24,000 nt of DNA, taken from assembly GCA_963674495.2 (NCBI GenBank), contig CAXXLG010000002.1:841154-865153 (forward strand), read 5' to 3'. The translations under genes were made by a program, and so were the position numbers. This DNA is from Christensenellaceae bacterium (GTDB taxonomy: Bacteria; Bacillota; Clostridia; Christensenellales; QAND01). Under the pieces are notes generated by a model. It saw nothing but the letters and a program-made list of their open reading frames with translations. It was not told where the DNA came from and searched no databases. Of this stretch, positions 1 through 7,003 are shown in pieces; position 1 is the stretch's first letter, and each line of letters starts with the position of its first letter.

Positions 1-417
1 TTGAAAATTAACATCGGTACGGCCTATCCGCGCACCGAAGAGATATACATGGACGTGACCGGCCGCAACTTGATTTCCGGATTGCCGCGCACGGTACGGG
101 TCGGCGGCAACGAGGTGCTCGAAGCATTGGAGGAGCCGGTGCAGCTGATCTTTGAAGCGGTACACAGCGTGCTGGAACGCACTCCGCCTGAGCTCGCAGC
201 GGACATTTCGGAAAACGGAATCTGCATGACGGGCGGCGGTTCGCTTTTGTTCGGACTGGACCGTATGCTCAGTGACAAGACCAAATTGCCCTGCTACGTG
301 GCGGAGGACGCCATTTCCTGCGTCGCCATAGGAACGGGTAAAGCGTTGGAGGATCTGGATAGCTACGCATCCAGCGCCGTACACGATTATAAGCGCGGTG
401 AATACTTCGATCTATAA
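1..417 (+). CDS. mreB: Rod-shape-determining protein MreB/Mbl, C-terminal part (5' end lies outside the window)
   Basis: The ORF is open from base 1. It carries actin-fold C-terminal motifs typical of MreB (ICMTGGGSLLFGLDRML, YVAEDAISCVAIGTGKAL). A strong terminator follows. Confidence 0.9.
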   Translation: MKINIGTAYPRTEEIYMDVTGRNLISGLPRTVRVGGNEVLEALEEPVQLIFEAVHSVLERTPPELAADISENGICMTGGGSLLFGLDRMLSDKTKLPCYVAEDAISCVAIGTGKALEDLDSYASSAVHDYKRGEYFDL

Positions 418-430
418 GGGACAAGCAGTA

Positions 431-470
431 AAACCCTTATACGGCAAATGCCGTATAAGGGTTTTTTTAT
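431..470 (+). terminator. Intrinsic terminator after mreB, probably bidirectional and also serving the convergent ttcA-like gene
   Basis: A 14-bp stem AAACCCTTATACGG (431-444) pairs with CCGTATAAGGGTTT (451-464). It is followed by a T7 run and preceded by an A-run. Confidence 0.85.
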
Positions 471-541
471 TTTTATCGCCGATCACGCACCTGTGTTTGT
501 AAACATAGAGGTACCAATCGATTTGCCAAAAGGAAAGTACG

Positions 542-1351
542 CTAAACGCCGTTTTTTACAGGGCCATTTTTTGGGGGATTCGCGACGTGGGAATGGGGGC
601 TCTGTGAATGATTCGAGCACGGTTTATCCGGGGAGGCATATTTGTCCCACAGGTTATAGCCCCTTGTGTTTCTAAGCGCGCGGAACATCATCTCATCCGC
701 GTTGGGATGCGATTTGCACAGCGATGCAATGGCCGCTTTGGCCTCGTCGCGCATGGTATGGCCGTCAAACGGACAGACCGATGGAATCACAGGCAAACCA
801 AGTTTTTTGACCACGCCCTTTATGTGCGCTTCTTTGAGATATAAAAACGGACGGATTACCGTGATGCCGGTACGGGACAGGCGGGCTCTGGGGGATAGGG
901 TGTTCAGCCGCCCCTCCATGAACATACTCATCCAGAAGGTTTCCAGCGCATCGTTGCGGTTGTGGCCCAGCGCGAGCGTATCGTATCCGAGTGAAACAAC
1001 CTGATCGCACAGCGCGCCGCGGCGCAGCCTGGCACACAGCGCGCATGGGGTTTTGCCATCGCGTATTTTTTCAATGGCCGTTTCCACCACACTACCTTCG
1101 TGCACGTAATAGGGTATGTCAAGATCGTCGCAATAACGGTGTAGCGGACCGGGATCAAAATCAAAACCGGGATGTACCGTGATGGCGCACAGGCGATAAT
1201 CCTTGTGCGCGAACCTGCGGTACAGCGACAGCGCATATAACAACAGCAGGCTGTCCTTGCCGCCGGACAGGCCAACGGCGATACGGCCGCCGGTTTGTAT
1301 CAAACCGAAAGCATCGTCCGCCTTGCGTAAAAACCCGAGCGTTTGCTTCAA
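542..1351 (-). CDS. ttcA: PP-loop ATPase of the TtcA family (tRNA 2-thiocytidine biosynthesis-like)
   Basis: The protein has the SGGKDS PP-loop motif and Cys motifs CALC and VCPFDG. I prefer the TTG start at 1351 because AGAAGGAG lies 7 nt upstream. The ORF-track ATG at 1372 has no RBS and sits only about 8 nt from the predicted transcription start (-10 TATAAT on the minus strand at 1392-1387). Confidence 0.8.
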   Translation of the reverse strand: MKQTLGFLRKADDAFGLIQTGGRIAVGLSGGKDSLLLLYALSLYRRFAHKDYRLCAITVHPGFDFDPGPLHRYCDDLDIPYYVHEGSVVETAIEKIRDGKTPCALCARLRRGALCDQVVSLGYDTLALGHNRNDALETFWMSMFMEGRLNTLSPRARLSRTGITVIRPFLYLKEAHIKGVVKKLGLPVIPSVCPFDGHTMRDEAKAAIASLCKSHPNADEMMFRALRNTRGYNLWDKYASPDKPCSNHSQSPHSHVANPPKNGPVKNGV

Positions 1352-1408
1352 TGTTGCGCTCCTTCTATACATCGGCGTGCGTTGCCATTATAGCACGCAG
1401 GAAATCAT

Positions 1409-1437
1409 TTGACAGCGGGGTGTCCCCCTTTTATAAT
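1409..1437 (+). promoter_or_regulatory. Sigma-A type promoter for the 1468 membrane-protein gene
   Basis: Perfect TTGACA (1409-1414), a 17-nt spacer, then TATAAT (1432-1437). A GAGGTG RBS precedes the ATG at 1468. Confidence 0.8.
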
Positions 1438-1467
1438 GGGGGCATCGTATATTTGTGAGGTGACTGC

Positions 1468-1926
1468 ATGCTGTTGACCTATCTAAGCATCATCGGCATG
1501 GCGGCTTTGCCCGTTGTGGAGCTCAAGGGAGCCATTCCCTATGGCATGGCGCTGGGCATCGCCCCGTGGACCTGTTTTTTTTTGGCGCTGGCCGGCTCCT
1601 GTCTGCCCGCACCATTTATTATGCGCCTGTTTCATCCCGTAGCTGAATATGCCCATAGGAAAAACATCCGCATCCTCAACGCCGTCATGGACTTTGCCAG
1701 AAACCGGGCGGAAAACAAAAAGGGAAAGGTCACCAAGTATCAGAACTTCCAGTTGTTGGGACTTTTTGTTTTTGTAGCCATTCCGCTGCCCACCACCGGT
1801 GTATGGACAGGTTCCATCATCGCAACGTTGCTGATGCTGCCCATGCGTAAGGCCATTCCCACCGTATGGGTGGGCAACATTGTAGCCGGGCTGATCGTGT
1901 TTTTGCTCACAGGACAGTTTTTATAA
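1468..1926 (+). CDS. Small multidrug-export-family (COG2426-like) integral membrane protein
   Basis: 152 aa with about 4 TM segments. It has an N-terminal VELKGAIPYG motif and a C-terminal PLPTTGVWTGS motif characteristic of the Sm_multidrug_ex family. Confidence 0.7.
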   Translation: MLLTYLSIIGMAALPVVELKGAIPYGMALGIAPWTCFFLALAGSCLPAPFIMRLFHPVAEYAHRKNIRILNAVMDFARNRAENKKGKVTKYQNFQLLGLFVFVAIPLPTTGVWTGSIIATLLMLPMRKAIPTVWVGNIVAGLIVFLLTGQFL

Positions 1927-1960
1927 ACAGGATAGGACAAACAGAATATTCGGAACAATC

Positions 1961-1986
1961 AGAGGAACAGGCTTGCCTGTTCCTCT
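1961..1986. terminator. GC-rich hairpin between convergent genes, a probable shared terminator
   Basis: An 11-bp perfect stem AGAGGAACAGG / CCTGTTCCTCT with a 4-nt loop. The U-tracts are weak on both strands, and the 3' arm touches the VanZ-like stop codon. Confidence 0.5.
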
Positions 1987-2642
1987 TAGTTTCTGCGCAT
2001 GTTGCCCCGATGCATCAAACGGCGCATGCGTTGTGTTTTGCACAATAGATAGACCAAGGATGCGCCCAATAGCCGCAGGATTACCCGATCGACATCCAGC
2101 GTCTGGGAATTTATCATAAACATAAGCGCTTCAAAACTTAGCACTCCGATGGTTAAGGTGAGGAAATAATAGGGCGCGCTTTGCAAAGCGCGAAACAGGC
2201 AAGGCAGAAAAAAACCAATGGGAGCAAATAGGATTGCGTTGCCGAGCACAAACGGAAGAATGCCTACAAGATCGATGGTACCATTCTGATAGGCAAGAAA
2301 ATACCGCCATAGCGTGCGCGAGGGGATGAAATTGTTTGCATCGTGCAAGCCGGCTGCGGCCTGATTTCCCAAAAACAACTGGTTGAATAAAATGATGATG
2401 TACAACGCGAAGCAAATGGACAGGAAAAGGCGTACCAGCCGCCGCTTCTGCGTCCGAGCTTTTTCGGTGTTGCAGCGCAGTATCGTGGCCAACAAAAAGG
2501 AGAGCACAACAAGCGCGCATAGAAGCAAGATGCCACGCGTACTCAGCGTGTCATAGGTGCAGATATATGCGGTATAGCCAAAAAAAACGGCGCCGCATAC
2601 GTAGCACAATACGGCAATCAGGCGTAGCGTATTCTTTTTCAT
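1986..2642 (-). CDS. VanZ-like family membrane protein
   Basis: 218 aa and multi-TM. It has a VanZ-type core (NFIPSRTLWRY ... GNAILFAPIGFFLP). Confidence 0.7.
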   Translation of the reverse strand: MKKNTLRLIAVLCYVCGAVFFGYTAYICTYDTLSTRGILLLCALVVLSFLLATILRCNTEKARTQKRRLVRLFLSICFALYIIILFNQLFLGNQAAAGLHDANNFIPSRTLWRYFLAYQNGTIDLVGILPFVLGNAILFAPIGFFLPCLFRALQSAPYYFLTLTIGVLSFEALMFMINSQTLDVDRVILRLLGASLVYLLCKTQRMRRLMHRGNMRRN

Positions 2643-2708
2643 GGCCTCCCCCCCCGTTCTCTTTTGTCATATCAGCTCGCGTGCAATATGTCAAGAAAAC
2701 GACGTGGG

Positions 2709-2738
2709 TTTGAAAAGCGTCGGTGGGTTTTGTATAAT
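2709..2738 (+). promoter_or_regulatory. Sigma-A type promoter upstream of recD2
   Basis: TTGAAA (2709-2714), an 18-nt spacer, then TATAAT (2733-2738). Confidence 0.6.
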
Positions 2739-2810
2739 AAAATAAAGCACATGGATGCCTATGGCTGCTTCGATGGGATATCGTCGCAATAGCGGACGAA
2801 AGGATATAAA

Positions 2811-4997
2811 ATGGCTGACAATACATTAAATAAGTATATAACCGCATCGGTTGCGCATATTACCTATCGAAATGAAGCGAATGGCTATACGGTGGTGGAT
2901 GTCGAAAACGAAGAGATGGCGTTCACTGCTGTGGGCGTTATGCCGCGCCTGGGCGAAGGGGAAGACGTGGAGCTTGCCGGAGTATGGACCGAACACCGCG
3001 AATACGGCAGGCAACTGTCCGTGAGCTCTTGCCGCCTAGCCATACCGTGTGGCACCGAGCAGATGGAACGCTTTTTGGCAAGCGGCCTGATCAGAAATTG
3101 CGGCGTTAGCACCGCGCGCGCCATCGTGCGCAAATTTGCTGAGGATACAGCAGAAGTTTTGCAGTTTGCCCCCCATCGTTTACAGGAAATACCCGGCATT
3201 GGCCCGGTCATTGCGCAGCGTATCGGAGATTCCTATCGGGAAAACATGGACATGCGCACCGTCATCGCAGGACTTTCGGATTATGGTGTAACCGTAGGCC
3301 AGGCACTGCGCATCGCAAAGGAATATGGGGCGGACGGTGTGACGATGGTAAAGGAGAATCCGTACCGGCTGGCCGAGGACATTTTCGGCATCGGATTCAA
3401 GACGGCGGATAGCATCGCCATGCAGATGGGCATCGCATCCGATGCACCGGCGCGTATCGGCGCCGGACTGAACTATACGCTGACGCTAGCGGCGGGCAAG
3501 GGACATACGTACTTGCCGGCTAAAATCCTTTGCGATTATGCAGCCAAGCAGCTTCGGGTGCCGCTGGATCTTGTCAAATGCACGGCGGCCCGCATGGTGC
3601 AGACCGGTGAGCTGTTCATCGGACAGGGAGAGGATGAGCCGGTGTATAGCCGTCCTTTTTATTATACCGAGAAGGAGTGTGCCGAAAGGCTGTACGCACT
3701 ATGCGTCGCAGTTCCAAAGCTCTTGCGCGCCGATGCGCAGAAGACGATTACGATGAAGGAACACAGCACGGAGCTGACCCTGTCGGAAAAGCAGCGTGCG
3801 GCTGTGCACACAGGCGTTACCGGTCCGGTATGCGTAATCACCGGCGGCCCTGGCACCGGCAAAACAACAATCGTGCAGTTTTTGCTTTCGGTATTTGACG
3901 TTGCGGGACAGGAAGTGGTGCTGTGCGCGCCAACAGGGCGCGCCGCCAAACGCATTACCGAGGCGACCGGACGGGAAGCCAAAACCATCCATCGCCTGTT
4001 GGAATACGGACGGGGAGAGACAATGGAAGAGGCATACGGTAAAAACGAAGACAATCCGTTGTCTGCGGCGGTGGTCGTTGTGGACGAGATGTCGATGGTG
4101 GACGTGTTTTTGATGGTGCGTCTTTTAAGGGCTGTCCAGAAGGGTGCAAGGTTGATTTTAATCGGCGATGCCGACCAGCTGCCGTCGGTGGGCCCTGGAC
4201 ACGTGTTGCACGACATCATCGCCTGTGAGGCCATTCCAGTCGTATCGCTGGACACCGTATACCGACAGGGCGAGGGAAGCATGATTTCCGTTAATGCCCA
4301 GCGCATCAACCACGGGAAGATGCCTGTGCACGGGCAAGACGAGTTCACCATCGTTCCGTGCGAAAACACGCGCCAGATATGGGAGGCGGTGGAAAACATC
4401 ATCCAGCAGAACGATGGACAGGTTATTACACCCATGCGAAAGGGCGATATGGGCGTGGTGGGTTTGAACGAGCGGTTGCAGGCGCTGTGCAATCCGCCTT
4501 CTTCACACAAGCAGCAATTGCCTGCACCATGGCAGCCTCTGCGGCTTTTAGACAAGGTGATGCAGATCAAAAATGATTACCGCATGGAATGGGAGCGCGA
4601 TGACGGGGCGGTGTATGAAAAAGGGTTGGGTGTGTTCAACGGGGAGATGGGGATACTGCAACACATCGATATGGATTGTCAGGAGGCCGCCGTGCAGTAC
4701 GATGACGGGCGCGTGGCCCGTTACACGTTCGGACGGACCGATATGCTGGAGTTGGCCTACGCCATCAGCATACATAAATCCCAGGGCAGCGAGTTTGACA
4801 ACGTGGTAATCGTACTTGCGGGAGGGCCTCCTATGTTATATACGCGCAACTTACTGTATACTGCTGTCACCCGCGCCAAAAAGCGGCTATGGATTGTGGG
4901 CAAAACCTATGCGTTGCGCCAGATGGTGCGCAACAACCGCACCCGTGCCCGTTACAGCGGTTTACACAAGGCGCTTGGCGCGCTGTTTGCCCCATGA
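2811..4997 (+). CDS. recD2: ATP-dependent RecD2-type SF1B DNA helicase
   Basis: 728 aa with an N-terminal OB/HhH-like region. Motifs seen are Walker A GGPGTGKTT, Walker B VVVDEMSMVD, IGDADQLPSVGPG, the C-terminal YAISIHKSQGSEF and YTAVTRAK. Confidence 0.9.
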   Translation: MADNTLNKYITASVAHITYRNEANGYTVVDVENEEMAFTAVGVMPRLGEGEDVELAGVWTEHREYGRQLSVSSCRLAIPCGTEQMERFLASGLIRNCGVSTARAIVRKFAEDTAEVLQFAPHRLQEIPGIGPVIAQRIGDSYRENMDMRTVIAGLSDYGVTVGQALRIAKEYGADGVTMVKENPYRLAEDIFGIGFKTADSIAMQMGIASDAPARIGAGLNYTLTLAAGKGHTYLPAKILCDYAAKQLRVPLDLVKCTAARMVQTGELFIGQGEDEPVYSRPFYYTEKECAERLYALCVAVPKLLRADAQKTITMKEHSTELTLSEKQRAAVHTGVTGPVCVITGGPGTGKTTIVQFLLSVFDVAGQEVVLCAPTGRAAKRITEATGREAKTIHRLLEYGRGETMEEAYGKNEDNPLSAAVVVVDEMSMVDVFLMVRLLRAVQKGARLILIGDADQLPSVGPGHVLHDIIACEAIPVVSLDTVYRQGEGSMISVNAQRINHGKMPVHGQDEFTIVPCENTRQIWEAVENIIQQNDGQVITPMRKGDMGVVGLNERLQALCNPPSSHKQQLPAPWQPLRLLDKVMQIKNDYRMEWERDDGAVYEKGLGVFNGEMGILQHIDMDCQEAAVQYDDGRVARYTFGRTDMLELAYAISIHKSQGSEFDNVVIVLAGGPPMLYTRNLLYTAVTRAKKRLWIVGKTYALRQMVRNNRTRARYSGLHKALGALFAP

Positions 4998-5644
4998 ATG
5001 CGCTCAAGGGGCTTGGGCAATTGGTCTGCCCAGAGGACGTCAGCTGTATGTTGTGCGCTGCAGAGAAAGGGATGGGTAACGGTACTGGATTGTGTGACAA
5101 ATGCTTGCGTACGTTGGACAAATACGACGGAGAAAGGGATATCGAGGGATTTACGCTGTACGCCGCCTATGTATATTCCGGCGCGGTGGCGACATTGATC
5201 CACGGTCTCAAATACGAGAACAAACGGTATATGGCGTTGCCGCTCATACGGGGACTCGTTGAGACATATGGCGTCAACGGGCTGGCATCGGATGCGATCG
5301 TACCGGTGCCGCTACATAAAAAAAGGCGGAAACAGCGAGGATTCAACCAATCGGTACTGTTGGGACAGGGGCTTTGCGAGCATACCGGCATTCCGCTATG
5401 GTGCGATGTGCTTACACGCATACGTGATACCGGACAACAGGTTGGTCTGAGCGAAGAGGATCGTTGGCAAAACGTCTACGATGCGTTTTCATGCACGATC
5501 AATCTGGAAGGCAAGCGTGTCGTTTTGGTTGATGACGTATGTACAACAGGCGCTACGATGTTGGCGTGTGCGCGCACGCTCGCGGGCCTTGGCGCCCGCG
5601 TGACACTGCTGTGCGCGGCAACGGTAAGCGGCTGCAACAGCTGA
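4994..5644 (+). CDS. comFC: ComF family protein (ComFC, phosphoribosyltransferase-like competence protein)
   Basis: It has an N-terminal Cys-rich zinc finger (CMLCAAE...CDKC) and the PRTase motif VVLVDDVCTTGATM. The ATG at 4994 overlaps the recD2 TGA as ATGA. The ORF-track start at 4889 would lie inside recD2. Confidence 0.85.
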   Translation: MNALKGLGQLVCPEDVSCMLCAAEKGMGNGTGLCDKCLRTLDKYDGERDIEGFTLYAAYVYSGAVATLIHGLKYENKRYMALPLIRGLVETYGVNGLASDAIVPVPLHKKRRKQRGFNQSVLLGQGLCEHTGIPLWCDVLTRIRDTGQQVGLSEEDRWQNVYDAFSCTINLEGKRVVLVDDVCTTGATMLACARTLAGLGARVTLLCAATVSGCNS

Positions 5645-5738
5645 AAATACCATGCACCGGGAAATGGATGGCGCGTTCTGTGTCCGGTAATATTCGATTA
5701 TGATAAAACAAATTGCATATAAAACAGTAAAATAGTGA

Positions 5739-5767
5739 TTGCATTTTTTTACTACTTCCGATACAAT
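5739..5767 (+). promoter_or_regulatory. Strong sigma-A type promoter driving the structured RNA below
   Basis: TTGCAT (5739-5744), a 17-nt spacer, then TACAAT (5762-5767). A very AT-rich UP-like tract at 5700-5738 precedes it. Confidence 0.7.
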
Positions 5768-5778
5768 CAAGGCAAAGA

Positions 5779-5997
5779 CATAGCATACTCAGGTCTGTGG
5801 TTGAAAATCGACGCCAGTCGCAGGCGAAACGATCCACGTAAACCGTAAAAACGCGGTGATCATGGTGCGGCTTAGGAGTAAGGCCGGCTAGGACATAGAT
5901 CCTGAGAGGTGGAGTAGTGGGGGGGCAGATGCCCTATGAGCAAAACATCCTGCCGGCGAATGTGGGGGCAAAGACCAGGTCAGCTGAGTATGCTGTG
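5779..5997 (+). ncRNA. Candidate raiA-motif structured ncRNA (~220 nt)
   Basis: A 14-bp long-range closing helix, CATAGCATACTCAG (5779-5792) with CTGAGTATGCTGTG (5984-5997, one G.U), encloses GC-rich sequence with local hairpins. It has its own promoter about 12 nt upstream. Its position between comFC and hpf/raiA is the signature context of the raiA motif. This was not verified with a covariance model. Confidence 0.65.
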
Positions 5998-6024
5998 ACT
6001 AAAAACAAAGCGAGGGAAAAAAAC

Positions 6025-6297
6025 ATGTACGAGGACAGAACGCTTGTGTGTCGTGATTGTGGCGCCGAATTCGTATTCACCGTAGGTGAACAGGAGTTTT
6101 TCGCAGAAAAAGGATTCACGAATGATCCTGTGCGTTGTCGTGAATGCCGAGCCAGTAAGAAAGCGACACGGCGTGAACGGGTTACCTACCGGACCGTATG
6201 TGCCAACTGTGGTGCCGAAACAGAAGTTCCGTTTATCCCAAAGAATGACAAGCCCATCTATTGCAATGAATGTTTTGCGCAAATGCGCAATCGATAA
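6025..6297 (+). CDS. Small zinc-ribbon protein with two CxxC-x17-CxxC modules
   Basis: 90 aa with CRDC...CREC and CANC...CNEC pairs. GAGGG lies 8 nt upstream of the ATG at 6025. The ORF-track start at 5917 lies inside the structured RNA and has no RBS. Confidence 0.75.
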   Translation: MYEDRTLVCRDCGAEFVFTVGEQEFFAEKGFTNDPVRCRECRASKKATRRERVTYRTVCANCGAETEVPFIPKNDKPIYCNECFAQMRNR

Positions 6298-6312
6298 AAC
6301 GAATGTCCTTAA

Positions 6313-6335
6313 AGGGCGCGAAAGCGCTCTTTTTC
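6313..6335 (+). terminator. Intrinsic terminator after the zinc-ribbon gene
   Basis: Stem AGGGCGC / GCGCTCT with a GAAA loop, followed by TTTTCATTTTT. Confidence 0.75.
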
Positions 6336-6371
6336 ATTTTTAGAATTCTATGTGTGCAGCATTTGTCCTCG

Positions 6372-6380
6372 TGATATAAT
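6372..6380 (+). promoter_or_regulatory. Extended -10 promoter for hpf
   Basis: TGaTATAAT (TG at 6372-6373, TATAAT at 6375-6380), about 30 nt upstream of the hpf RBS. The -35 element is weak. Confidence 0.55.
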
Positions 6381-6412
6381 GATATACAGAACCGGTGGAA
6401 AGGAGTGGGACC

Positions 6413-6961
6413 ATGCAGATATCCATCAACGGCAAAGGGATGCAGGTATCCGACTATCTGGCGGAGGTTGTGGAAAAGCGCGTGCAGAAACTGGAAAAAT
6501 ATCTTAAGGACGATGTGCGTGTTCAGGTTATGCTGTCCATGTTCCGCGGAAGGCAGGTTGCCGAAATCACAGTGCCCATTGGCACCACGATTCTACGAGC
6601 TGAAGAGGCGACGGGCGATATGTACGCGTCCATTGACAATGCCGCCAAAAAACTTGAGCGGCAGATTTTACGCTACCGCGCGCGCATGGACAAACAGATG
6701 CACGAGAAGTCTATCCGATTTCAAACGCCGGAGATGCCCGAAGAGGGCGAGGATGAGACGGCGATGGGGGATGACTGGCCGCGTGTTGTCAGAACCAAGC
6801 GCTTTTCCATCAAACCGATGTCGGTGGACGAAGCGGCGATGCAAATGGATATGCTGGGGCATACGTTCTATGTGTTCTGTTCGGCGGAAAACGGGAGCGT
6901 CAACGTATTGTACAAACGCAATGACGGTCAGCTCGGACTGATCGAACCTGAACTTGGCTGA
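6413..6961 (+). CDS. hpf: Ribosome hibernation promoting factor, long form (HPF/RaiA/YvyD family)
   Basis: 182 aa with an N-terminal S30AE domain (MQISINGKGMQVSDYL...) and a C-terminal dimerisation domain (KRFSIKPMSVDEAAMQMDMLGHTFYVF). A GGAAAGGAG RBS precedes the ATG at 6413. Confidence 0.9.
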   Translation: MQISINGKGMQVSDYLAEVVEKRVQKLEKYLKDDVRVQVMLSMFRGRQVAEITVPIGTTILRAEEATGDMYASIDNAAKKLERQILRYRARMDKQMHEKSIRFQTPEMPEEGEDETAMGDDWPRVVRTKRFSIKPMSVDEAAMQMDMLGHTFYVFCSAENGSVNVLYKRNDGQLGLIEPELG

Positions 6962-6973
6962 TGAGAACGCGTT

Positions 6974-7003
6974 AAAACGCGCAGCTGTGCTGCGCGTTTT
7001 TTT
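6974..7003. terminator. Bidirectional intrinsic terminator shared by hpf and the convergent ABC-F gene
   Basis: A 12-bp stem AAAACGCGCAGC / GCTGCGCGTTTT with a 3-nt loop and T/A runs on both sides. Confidence 0.85.

Noticed and set aside
3662-4570. A 302-aa minus-strand ORF antisense to recD2. Similar long antisense ORFs occur at 8206-8925, 9699-10361, 12296-13015, 12919-13404 and 13338-13970.
   Set aside because: Each lies entirely inside or against a well-supported gene on the other strand. They are Arg/Cys/Pro/Ser-rich with no RBS or motifs, which is the typical shadow-ORF pattern in moderately GC-rich coding DNA.
4889-4993. A longer comFC start at 4889, inside recD2.
   Set aside because: It would overlap recD2 by 105 nt in another frame with no RBS. 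The ATGA stop/start overlap at 4994 is the usual coupled arrangement.
5917-6024. An ATG at 5917 that would extend the zinc-ribbon protein by 36 residues.
   Set aside because: It has no RBS and lies inside the paired core of the structured RNA. The conserved CxxC modules begin just after the RBS-supported ATG at 6025.
6405-6941. A 178-aa same-strand alternative-frame ORF spanning nearly all of hpf.
   Set aside because: The hpf frame shows clear family motifs. The alternative frame is Arg/Cys/Trp-rich, has no RBS and looks like a frame-shift artefact.
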